From Auanema rhodensis (lineage: Eukaryota > Animalia > Nematoda), in contig OZ059895.1 of the NCBI GenBank assembly GCA_964057225.1, positions 10,478,001 to 10,542,000 of the forward strand: a stretch of 64,000 bases of DNA. The letters run 5' to 3'. A program made the translations under genes and the position numbers. The notes below the pieces were generated by a model. That model saw only the letters and a list, made by a program, of their open reading frames with translations, was not told the origin of the DNA and did no database searches. How positions within the stretch are numbered: the first letter of the stretch is position 1; every line of letters begins with the position of its first letter. Shown piece by piece: positions 14,105 to 22,358 of the stretch.

Positions 14105-14637
14105 TGTGCTGAAGCACTCTCATCCCGTGATAATAGTGTTCCTCCTTAGTTTAAGTTCAATTGTACTTCTTTATTGTCCTCTCTTTGTACTATCCATTAT
14201 CCTCAACTATCTAATCGATAATCCTGTAAGTTGTCACCAACGGCCGATTTGCCGATGAATCACCTATCGCCCTTTGCCATCTGATCCATTAGGCAAGATC
14301 TTAGGCGCGATAGCCGTCGCCCACTTGCAAGGGGGATGAATCACATAGGATTTAGACCCCTCCTCTCGCTTTCTACAATTAATACATTATCTATCACTTC
14401 CGGGGACCTAGTATATAAACCCGCAATAATTCTTCTAAATCATGTCTCAATATTATCCTGCCACCGCTATCATCTTCCCGTCAATCTATTTCTGTTTTAC
14501 TCGTATTGTATTCGTATCACCGATAATAAACTCTTCTCTTGTACTCGCGTCTATTGCCTATTACTTGGACTAATATTCCACTACCACTGAACCACAAATG
14601 CCCGTTATTCGCTCTCCAACTAGAGGACAAAACGACA
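14105..14637 (+). repeat. 5' LTR (533 bp, TG...CA)
   Basis: Starts TGTGCTGAAG at 14105 and ends AAAACGACA at 14637. It is a direct repeat of 22359-22891. Confidence 0.97.
14412..14419 (+). promoter_or_regulatory. LTR TATA box (copy at 22666-22673)
   Basis: TATATAAA in the context gacctaGTATATAAAccc, about 310 bp into the LTR and upstream of the polyA signal, as expected for U3. Confidence 0.7.
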
Positions 14638-17600
14638 TGGTGCATCAAGCCGAGTCCAACGAAGAAACTCGCGCCGAACAATGGAACAGCAGCTGCTCAT
14701 TATTACTCGCTAAGCTCAAGGACAACGACGCAAGGAGGAAATCATATGCGGTACGTCAAGTTACTAATACCTCCAACAAAACCCCAAGCATGATTGACAC
14801 CCGTGAAAGGGAGATTTCAAACATCAATGGGGACATCCTCGCCATCAACAAACTGATGGACGAGATGAAACACATCCCAACCGACCTACGCCCCGAGGAC
14901 CAAAGTCGGATCACGAAGAACGAAGAAACTCTGCGGAAACACATCTCTACCCTACTGTCATACAGTAACGACATACAAGAACAAGTCAACTACCTGAAGG
15001 GTCTCAACCACACTGAGAACAGCCCTGACCCAACACACACAGACAGTTCACAGCCCTCTGAGCACCACCTCATTGGAACTGCTGAACTCACACACGCCAC
15101 ACAACCTCGAAGCTGGGAAACATATCGATCACGGCCAACACTCAAACCTGTCGATATCCCACGCTTCGATGGCAACGTGAAAAGCTGGAAAAACTTTTGG
15201 TGCTTGTTCCACACACTCATACACTCATCGAACATGCCCACCATAGAAAAGTTTAACTACCTTCGCCAGTCATTAACAGGAGAAGCAGCTTCACAAATAG
15301 CTTCATTCCCAACGGATGAAGACTACTACTTCAGCGCAGTACATCACCTGCAGGATCTATATGATGATAACGACAACATCACACAACATCTCATGCTGGA
15401 ATTTCTCCAGATACAAGCGAGAACATCCAACCAGCATGACCTCCTCTCCATGATGGACAAGATCGCAGGCATTTTTCGCCAAACTGAAGGAAACAGGAAC
15501 GCCGAACTCAACTCCCTCGCTGTAGTTATCTTACACAAGAAACTACCAGGGAACCTTCTCCAAGAGATCTACAAATCATTCCCCTCGGGAAAAACACCTG
15601 ACATCAGAGACCTAGTAGACATCACAAGGCGACATATCCGATGCCAAAACAAGGTGAAAATTTTCGCAGCAGATCGGTTCGAGAAACCAATCACACGAGT
15701 CTACAACTCACCACCAGGGAACACCTACAATTCCCAACGCAACAAACCAGAAGCTAAAAAACTAGCAAAAACATCCAGTTGCATCTTCTGCCAGAAACCT
15801 CACGCCCCATGGGACTGTGACACAACAAAGTCGAGGAAGGAGCGTCTAACCATTCTCAACCAGGAAAAGAGATGCATCAACTGTCTCCGCAAAACACACA
15901 ACACGGAGTCATGTCCAAGCAAACGAACATGCTCCAAATGCGGAGAAAAACACATCGACATCTTATGCGCTAATAAAAAGAAGACGACCAAAGTCAACTT
16001 AATTGAGAGCACACCCTACAATGACGAGGAAACCGAAGAACACACGGTTCAATTTTCCTCCCAGTTCTCTACCAATCAATTCAAAAGCGCCCTCCTTCCA
16101 ATAGGAGAAATCAAGATAATGACGAATGGAAAATTTTCCACAATCCCAGCCATCTTGGACTCTGGATCGGACACATCTTTCATCGAAGAAGAACTTGCCA
16201 AAGAACTTCAACTACCCGTTATAGAATCTAAACGCGTAAAAATCAAGACTTTCGGCAACACAAAAAGCGTTGAACACCTCACAAAGGTGAAAGCAACAAT
16301 CAAAGGAACAGTCTCCAACATCACTGCACATCTTTGGACAAAAAAGACCTTGACGGGTCCCATCAAAACAGTCCGAATTCCAAAATCAGACAACTCCACC
16401 TTCAAATTAAATCAAGGAACCTACGTCAATCCACGCATACTCATAGGCTCCGATTTAATGTGGCAAGCTCTGACAGCCATTATACCAATCTCTGACGACC
16501 ACATACAAGTCAAGACACAATTTGGAGACTTCATAACAGGAAAAGCAAGCGACCAACCATCCATCAACGCCTTCTCAGTTATAACTGGAAACACCTCTAT
16601 CCCGATAGACACATGGAACAAAAACTTCATCGAGGAGCAGCAAGAATTTACGGGAACCGAACAAGAAGAAAAACAAGCACGAGACAAACTAGTATTGGAA
16701 CAATTCCAATCCACCATCCAAAAAAGAGACGATGGTTATTACGTCTCCTTCCCATGGAAAGACAACATCAATCTTCTCCCCGACAACAAATCACTTGCTC
16801 ACAGACGTCGTATAAGTCTAGTCGTAAAATTATCTCAACAACCAGATTCACTAGCAGCATACGACAAAATCATTCAAGAACAACTAGACAATGGAATAAT
16901 CGAACCAGCAGAAGAACCATACCCTGACGCTCAAACGATACACTACATTGCTCATCAAGCAGTTCTGACCCCACAAAAGGAAACAACCAAACTAAGGATA
17001 GTATACGACGCTTCCGGACACTACCAGAACAGACCCAGTCTGAACGACGTCATCCATCAAGGACCACTAATCCTACCATCACTAGTAGGAATGATTTTAC
17101 GCTTCCGCTGCGGGAAAATGGCACTGATAGCAGACGTAAAGAAAGCATTTCTTCAAATAAGACTCCACGAGTCAGAACGTGACGCTACAAGATTCTTTTG
17201 GCTGAGAGATATCTCCAAACCAATGAGCACCGAAAATACAAGAACCCTACGCTTCTGTAGAGTTCCCTTTGGAATCAATGCCTCGCCATTTCTCCTCGCA
17301 GCCACAATTCGTCATCATCTGGAACAAAGAAGCAACGAAAACTTCCTAGCCCACCAAATTAAAGAGAACCTTTACGTGGACAACCTATTACTTGCCACAA
17401 ACTCAGAAGAAGACCTCAAACTGGGATACCAAGAAACAAAGGACATATTCGCAGAAATGAACATGACACTACAAGAATTCATAACGAACAGTCCGGACTT
17501 CAACAAAAACCTACTACTAGAGGAGAAAAACACCTCAGCAAAACCAAAAGTTCTTGGATTACCATGGGACACAGAAACGGACCAATGGATCATCCAAACC

Positions 17601-20600
17601 AAGCTTCCAGAAACAAAACTGACCAAACGTGGTATTACACAAGCCATTGCATCGATCTTTGACCCCATGGGTTTGATAAGTCCATGCCTACACCCACTAC
17701 GACTCTTCCTACAGAATCTATGGACAGAGAATTACGACTGGGACACTACGTTGCCTGAAGAACACCAAAAAACATGGCATACACTAGCCGAAAACTTCAA
17801 CTTCAACAAAACTCAGCAACGAGCCCTACCAGAAGATCCGAATCAGCAGTACCACTTAGTTACCTGCACAGATTCTAGCGGATCAGCCCTAGGATTCTGC
17901 ACATACCTCCTGGCAGCCACATCACGCATACCTACCTTGATCTTCGCTAAATCCAAGCTACACTCAAAGAACTCCAACATCACCATCCCGAAAGCAGAAA
18001 TATCAGCTCTCACAGTAGGTGTCACAAACACCAACAAAATCATCAAAGAAATGAAAGACAACATCAAAATCTTGTCTACAACATTTTTATCGGACTCAGA
18101 AATAACGTTAGCATGGATAAGACGAAAACCTGATCAGAAGACAACAGGAGTCTTAGTACAAAACAGAATCAAGGAAATCTACGACCACATCGACCAAATC
18201 GAAGATATGGATATCAAGACATACTTTGGTTACATCAACACCAAAGACAACCCAGCCGACATTGCCACAAGAGGTTGCACAACAGACGAGCTACTAAATC
18301 ATTTCTGGTGGAATCCCAAAGCACAAATTGACAAAGCCATTAATGGTCCGCTCTTCTCATTACCTCAACCAGAAATCACAGTGAATACAGCTAGGACATC
18401 TGAAGAATACGAAGAATCCTGGCTAGAACACTGCAACACATGGATCCAAGCACAAGAAAAATGGATCGCAGAGAATTATTCGCTGTTAGAGAAACGACTA
18501 CCGACACATTACGAAGAAGCCGAACTGAACCTTCTCCATCTGCATCAACACAACCTACTCGTACGTCTTACAGCAGCACAACGAAACGACTTAAGACCAC
18601 TGTTGAAAGATCATCTTTGGCACAGCCGCGGACGAATGCAGAATAGTGAACTAGATGAGAGTGCAAAACTTCCTATCATCGTCTTACCCAAAACAAGGAC
18701 AGCCACCTTAATTATCGAACACGTCCACAACCAATTTCACAAAAGCACGTCACACACCATGGCCGAAGTTCGACAGAAATTCTGGATACCACAACTTCGC
18801 TCACAAACCATCTCAGTCATACGAAGATGCGTAGAGTGCCAACGCATGAACAACCGACCATTCACGTACCCCCCCTCTGGCGACATACCCAGCAGAAGAC
18901 TCAACCGAAGCCGACCATTCCAACACATAGGCCTCGACTACTTCGGACCGCTGACGGTAAAGGACAAACCTCACAAAGTATGGGGTTGCATCTATACCTG
19001 CACAGTCACACGCCTACTACACTTAGAAGTTATAGAAGACCTTACCACAAAAGCATTTCTTAACTGTCTAAGGAAGATATGGGCACGTAGAGGATATCCG
19101 GAAAGCATCACTTGCGACAACGCCACCACATTCGAACTAGGACAGAAAGTGGCAAACAGACTGTTCAGCATCGCCAACACGACACAAACAGGTGACAGCC
19201 ATAAAATAAAATGGCACAACATAACACCTTACGCCCCCTGGCAAGGAGGATTCTACGAACGCCTTATCCGATCAGTAAAAGACTCTCTTCACAAAACCAT
19301 GAAGAACATACCAACAAGCGAAGAACTGTCAATCACCTTAGCTGAATGTGAAGCAACACTCAACACTCGCCCACTCACATACATCGGATCCGACACAGGA
19401 ACAGATGAAATAATCAGACCATGTGACTTTATTCACAAAGACTTGGACCTTAACATTTCATTCCACTCGGACGATGACGACGAAGAATACCTCGACAACC
19501 CTGCCTTACAAACAAGAGCAGACACAGAAAAAGCCATCCATTCCTCCAGACAACGCACAAACAAATTCTGGGAGTTATGGATCGAACTCTACCTCAAAGA
19601 GTTAAGAGAACACCACAAGAACAACATCTCGGTGAAGAAAGCTGGTTCCAATCAACAGCCAAGAATCGACCAATACGTACTTATCAACGACAGTCCGATA
19701 CCTCGGTACAAATGGCCGATTGGAAAAATCACACATATCTCACCAGACAAGAACGGACAGACCAGAGAAGTCACGCTTCTTTCAGAATCAGGCAGAGAAC
19801 TCAAACGACCAGTGAACCTTCTACATCCGCTGGAACTCTCAGACGACGACATTCCTGAAAGACTACGAAACACTAATCCTTCGAGAGATGTCCCACCAAT
19901 AAGGCAGTCTAATCCAAGGAACGTACCTAGATTATGGTACGGAGAACAAAGAACAAACCTATTCAGCTTTCTATCAATATTCTCAATACTTCTACCCATC
20001 ATCTCTGCCACACCAACAATATCTTGCAACTACCAAGGAGTTCAAATTCAAGGAATCTCGACAAACAATCAACAAGTATGCATCCACAACACATGCTATA
20101 ACAACAGCCACGATGGAAACCTTATATTTCCCCCAGCGGACATCCTAACCAACTACGACGTAAGCTGGACCTTCCAACACAATTCCAGAATTCATCACAT
20201 GATGATCACATGCCCAGCGGTACATTTCTGCTCCACTGTCACATGCACCTTCTGCACTGCTACACTTTTCAATCCATCTTGCTGGCCATGGACATCAATG
20301 CTACTTCTCACATTTCTTACATACATGCTCACAGCCTTATGCTACGGCATTCTATACACACCATGGGTCATAGGAAAACCAATCCGACTTTGGATACGAT
20401 TATGCACCACCATCATAATGACCATAATCAAGACGATCCGACACACACGTCAACCGAGGCCGCACAAATCAGCCATACCACTCCTAGCTCTGATGAGTTT
20501 GATACAAGTAACCTTCTCATGCCAAGAACTCGCGATCACATCCTCCGAACAGTCCACTTGCATCCAAGAGAAATGCCACATACAAACCACGCATAATCTC

Positions 20601-22334
20601 AACATCAGTCCATACACTCAAGAAGCCTGCCTCACATTATCAAACAATCAAGACAATATCTCTTTCTTGAGAATACAGTGGATCAAAACCAACTACAAGT
20701 GTGAGACTCGGTCCCTTTACTTCACAAGAGAATCAAAGACTCACGTACAAGACAGCAAAAGATGCCCACACACTGGATCATGCCAAGAAGAAAAATGCAG
20801 CAACATCACCCCAAACTCAACTGTCAGCGAACTTCACATAGCTAACCAGTACCCAGGAACAACACACTGCACAGAATCCTGTGGTGGCATAGGATGCGGA
20901 TGTTTTTACCCTTCATCAGGATGTCTTTTCTACAGAACCTACCAGAAGCCGACTGATACCTCGATATATGAAGTATACGACTGCAACTCTTGGACACCTA
21001 CAACGGACCTCAGCCTAACATACCGAAACGGATCAACCACCATCTCCAAAAACGTCACTCTATACTCTGACGTTCCGAAGCACATATATCCATTCACGCT
21101 AACTATTACAAGCCTCTCACCGCCAGTCATACCTGCGATGCAATACAAATTCATCCGCAACCTTACAAGAACAGCTATATGGAATCAACAACCCATGCTC
21201 TCATGCTCGAGCAGAAGAGACGCTATAAACATGAACTGTAACGCCACACCCACCTGCGTTTGCACACCGGCAGAAGACCAGGTCAACTGCCAGTGCCACG
21301 AAACATCCATCACCTCAGCCTTTACCAACGTACAATCAGCTATTCCAATGCTAACACCCTCATACATGATCATGAACGAGGAAAGAAACTTACGGATCAA
21401 CATTAACAGCAACATGTTAACTGTAATCCACATCAAAATCGACGGGGAATTCCACACTTCCTCATCTCAAGACTCCACACATTGCAACATTCAGGATTCA
21501 CCATTAACCGGATGTTACAACTGCAACCGAGGAGCCCAAGCAAGTATCACATGTACTTCACCTCAACCAACTCTGGCAGCTATACAATGTGGTGAATCCG
21601 CATTCATGACACAATGCAGTCCACAAGGAACAACCAACTCCATCCAGCTGCCTATCACCTCAGCCTCACCTAGGATCACATGCACATACACCTGCGGAAC
21701 ACATGAAAACACATTCCTCCTCTCAGGAATGCTGTACTACGTCAACACACTTCAAGACCTACGCTCTCATTACATACTCGGGAATCACTCGTCTCTCCAA
21801 GAAACAGCCTTCACCTTTTCTTGGCCCGACATTACTCACTTCTACAACATCTATCAGGAATGGTACAAAGCATTAGCAACCTGTCTACTCATTGCCATAA
21901 TCGCTTTTACCTTTTCCTATTACATCATTACAACATACGCTACCAGACTAGCACTAGGCACCGCCCACTACATGGCTGCCGCAACATGTTACATCTTCCT
22001 CATTCCCCTCCGCGTCTTTATCATTTTTTGGCGCCAGCTCCTTCTCCTAAAGTCAAGGAAAACTCACATCCTAGTAGTATTCATTCTATTCACTATGTCA
22101 CTCGCCAACACTAGAGCCTGCGAAATCAACCTAATCTTGCAAAGATCACAAGAAAGATGCGACTCGTTTCTGAAGCTCACAAGAGAGAAACGGATTGAAT
22201 GCTTGAAGGAACTCACCCAGCACATGGACCAATCACATAGGGATTTTTACAAAACTGAGACTAGAAAAGAAATGGAACAAGAAATTCTACCCACTAAGAG
22301 GAACAAGACTCAGGCGGCGATCATCACCATATAG
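14598..22334 (+). CDS. gag-pol-env: Gag-Pol-Env polyprotein, 2578 aa, single uninterrupted ORF
   Basis: From the ORF track; all catalytic motifs are recognisable. The true start is uncertain (ATG 14598 in U5, ATG 14637 at the LTR/PBS junction, or later). The stop TAG ends 24 bp before the 3' LTR. Confidence 0.95.
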   Translation: MPVIRSPTRGQNDMVHQAESNEETRAEQWNSSCSLLLAKLKDNDARRKSYAVRQVTNTSNKTPSMIDTREREISNINGDILAINKLMDEMKHIPTDLRPEDQSRITKNEETLRKHISTLLSYSNDIQEQVNYLKGLNHTENSPDPTHTDSSQPSEHHLIGTAELTHATQPRSWETYRSRPTLKPVDIPRFDGNVKSWKNFWCLFHTLIHSSNMPTIEKFNYLRQSLTGEAASQIASFPTDEDYYFSAVHHLQDLYDDNDNITQHLMLEFLQIQARTSNQHDLLSMMDKIAGIFRQTEGNRNAELNSLAVVILHKKLPGNLLQEIYKSFPSGKTPDIRDLVDITRRHIRCQNKVKIFAADRFEKPITRVYNSPPGNTYNSQRNKPEAKKLAKTSSCIFCQKPHAPWDCDTTKSRKERLTILNQEKRCINCLRKTHNTESCPSKRTCSKCGEKHIDILCANKKKTTKVNLIESTPYNDEETEEHTVQFSSQFSTNQFKSALLPIGEIKIMTNGKFSTIPAILDSGSDTSFIEEELAKELQLPVIESKRVKIKTFGNTKSVEHLTKVKATIKGTVSNITAHLWTKKTLTGPIKTVRIPKSDNSTFKLNQGTYVNPRILIGSDLMWQALTAIIPISDDHIQVKTQFGDFITGKASDQPSINAFSVITGNTSIPIDTWNKNFIEEQQEFTGTEQEEKQARDKLVLEQFQSTIQKRDDGYYVSFPWKDNINLLPDNKSLAHRRRISLVVKLSQQPDSLAAYDKIIQEQLDNGIIEPAEEPYPDAQTIHYIAHQAVLTPQKETTKLRIVYDASGHYQNRPSLNDVIHQGPLILPSLVGMILRFRCGKMALIADVKKAFLQIRLHESERDATRFFWLRDISKPMSTENTRTLRFCRVPFGINASPFLLAATIRHHLEQRSNENFLAHQIKENLYVDNLLLATNSEEDLKLGYQETKDIFAEMNMTLQEFITNSPDFNKNLLLEEKNTSAKPKVLGLPWDTETDQWIIQTKLPETKLTKRGITQAIASIFDPMGLISPCLHPLRLFLQNLWTENYDWDTTLPEEHQKTWHTLAENFNFNKTQQRALPEDPNQQYHLVTCTDSSGSALGFCTYLLAATSRIPTLIFAKSKLHSKNSNITIPKAEISALTVGVTNTNKIIKEMKDNIKILSTTFLSDSEITLAWIRRKPDQKTTGVLVQNRIKEIYDHIDQIEDMDIKTYFGYINTKDNPADIATRGCTTDELLNHFWWNPKAQIDKAINGPLFSLPQPEITVNTARTSEEYEESWLEHCNTWIQAQEKWIAENYSLLEKRLPTHYEEAELNLLHLHQHNLLVRLTAAQRNDLRPLLKDHLWHSRGRMQNSELDESAKLPIIVLPKTRTATLIIEHVHNQFHKSTSHTMAEVRQKFWIPQLRSQTISVIRRCVECQRMNNRPFTYPPSGDIPSRRLNRSRPFQHIGLDYFGPLTVKDKPHKVWGCIYTCTVTRLLHLEVIEDLTTKAFLNCLRKIWARRGYPESITCDNATTFELGQKVANRLFSIANTTQTGDSHKIKWHNITPYAPWQGGFYERLIRSVKDSLHKTMKNIPTSEELSITLAECEATLNTRPLTYIGSDTGTDEIIRPCDFIHKDLDLNISFHSDDDDEEYLDNPALQTRADTEKAIHSSRQRTNKFWELWIELYLKELREHHKNNISVKKAGSNQQPRIDQYVLINDSPIPRYKWPIGKITHISPDKNGQTREVTLLSESGRELKRPVNLLHPLELSDDDIPERLRNTNPSRDVPPIRQSNPRNVPRLWYGEQRTNLFSFLSIFSILLPIISATPTISCNYQGVQIQGISTNNQQVCIHNTCYNNSHDGNLIFPPADILTNYDVSWTFQHNSRIHHMMITCPAVHFCSTVTCTFCTATLFNPSCWPWTSMLLLTFLTYMLTALCYGILYTPWVIGKPIRLWIRLCTTIIMTIIKTIRHTRQPRPHKSAIPLLALMSLIQVTFSCQELAITSSEQSTCIQEKCHIQTTHNLNISPYTQEACLTLSNNQDNISFLRIQWIKTNYKCETRSLYFTRESKTHVQDSKRCPHTGSCQEEKCSNITPNSTVSELHIANQYPGTTHCTESCGGIGCGCFYPSSGCLFYRTYQKPTDTSIYEVYDCNSWTPTTDLSLTYRNGSTTISKNVTLYSDVPKHIYPFTLTITSLSPPVIPAMQYKFIRNLTRTAIWNQQPMLSCSSRRDAINMNCNATPTCVCTPAEDQVNCQCHETSITSAFTNVQSAIPMLTPSYMIMNEERNLRININSNMLTVIHIKIDGEFHTSSSQDSTHCNIQDSPLTGCYNCNRGAQASITCTSPQPTLAAIQCGESAFMTQCSPQGTTNSIQLPITSASPRITCTYTCGTHENTFLLSGMLYYVNTLQDLRSHYILGNHSSLQETAFTFSWPDITHFYNIYQEWYKALATCLLIAIIAFTFSYYIITTYATRLALGTAHYMAAATCYIFLIPLRVFIIFWRQLLLLKSRKTHILVVFILFTMSLANTRACEINLILQRSQERCDSFLKLTREKRIECLKELTQHMDQSHRDFYKTETRKEMEQEILPTKRNKTQAAIITI
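14638..14655 (+). promoter_or_regulatory. Primer-binding site, probably tRNA-Gly(GCC)
   Basis: TGGTGCATCAAGCCGAGT directly abuts the 5' LTR. TGGTGCATC is complementary to the ...GATGCA-CCA 3' end of invertebrate tRNA-Gly(GCC) as recalled. Pairing beyond 9 nt is imperfect. Confidence 0.75.
15141..15968 (+). other. gag: Gag: capsid-like (DUF1759-type) domain plus three CCHC zinc knuckles
   Basis: LKPVDIPRFDGNVKSWKNFW...EKFNYLRQSLTGEA, then CIFCQKPHAPWDC, CINCLRKTHNTESC and CSKCGEKHIDILC (15780-15968). The triple knuckle is a BEL/Pao hallmark. Confidence 0.9.
16090..16545 (+). other. Aspartic protease domain
   Basis: AILDSGSDTSFI (catalytic Asp codon at 16158) and a downstream ILIGSD motif. 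Boundaries are approximate. Confidence 0.88.
16730..17580 (+). other. Reverse transcriptase domain
   Basis: KLRIVYDAS, ADVKKAFLQI, RVPFGINASPFLL, YVDN (17373-17384) and KVLGLPWD. Boundaries are approximate. Confidence 0.92.
17620..18310 (+). other. Pao-type connection plus RNase H domain
   Basis: TKRGITQAIASIFDPMG, with acidic residues in CTDSS, IPKAEI, SDSEI and NPADIATRG. Confidence 0.85.
18620..19840 (+). other. Integrase (HHCC zinc finger, DDE core, DUF5641-type C-terminal domain)
   Basis: HVHNQFH...FWIP...CVEC; GLDYFGP; CDNATTF; GGFYERL (46 residues between the second D and E); FWELWIELYLKELRE...RPVNLLHPLE. Confidence 0.92.
19956..20519 (+). other. env: Env part 1: internal signal sequence, short Gn-like glycoprotein, TM and signal for Gc
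   Basis: Hydrophobic NLFSFLSIFSILLPIISA|TP (predicted cleavage at about 20010). CPAVHFCSTVTCTFCTATLFNPSCWP resembles the membrane-proximal Cys cluster of phlebovirus Gn. It is followed by a TM, a basic tail and AIPLLALMSLIQVTFS|C. Confidence 0.72.
20520..21930 (+). other. env: Env part 2: phlebovirus Gc (G2)-like class II fusion glycoprotein
   Basis: Starts CQE after a signal peptide. KRCPHTGSC and CTESCGGIGCGCFYPSSGCLFYR (20868-20936) match the phlebovirus Gc fusion-loop pattern CxxxCGGxGCGCFxxxxxCLF. Also GCYNCNRGA, many Cys, several N-x-S/T sequons and the TM WYKALATCLLIAIIAFTFSYYII. Confidence 0.9.
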
Positions 22335-22347
22335 ATGTTCTCTTCTC

Positions 22348-22358
22348 GACGGCCGGAG
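22348..22358 (+). promoter_or_regulatory. Putative plus-strand primer (atypical polypurine tract)
   Basis: GACGGCCGGAG lies immediately before the 3' LTR. It is G-rich but interrupted by C, so the call is positional. Confidence 0.5.

Noticed and set aside
14289-14306. Two TTAGGC nematode telomere hexamers 12 bp apart in the LTR
   Set aside because: Only two non-adjacent copies, which is compatible with chance.
14336-14590. 84-aa ORF inside each LTR (also 22590-22844)
   Set aside because: It spans the TATA box and polyA signal, starts upstream of the likely transcription start and has no recognisable motif. It is duplicated only because the LTR is.
14751-19786. Splice from donor CG|GTACGT (14751) to acceptor TTTCAG|A (19786) to make an env mRNA
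   Set aside because: The donor is phase 0 and the acceptor is phase 1 relative to the ORF, so the join is out of frame. This specific pair is not supported.
14539-22114. Short alternative-frame and antisense ORFs (60-128 aa) overlapping the polyprotein
   Set aside because: These are expected by-products of a long, compositionally skewed coding strand and show no motifs or independent signals.
22335-22358. Element-encoded tRNA primer or extra gene in the 3' untranslated region
   Set aside because: Only 24 bp separate the stop codon from the 3' LTR, and no cloverleaf or extended PBS-complementary sequence was seen.
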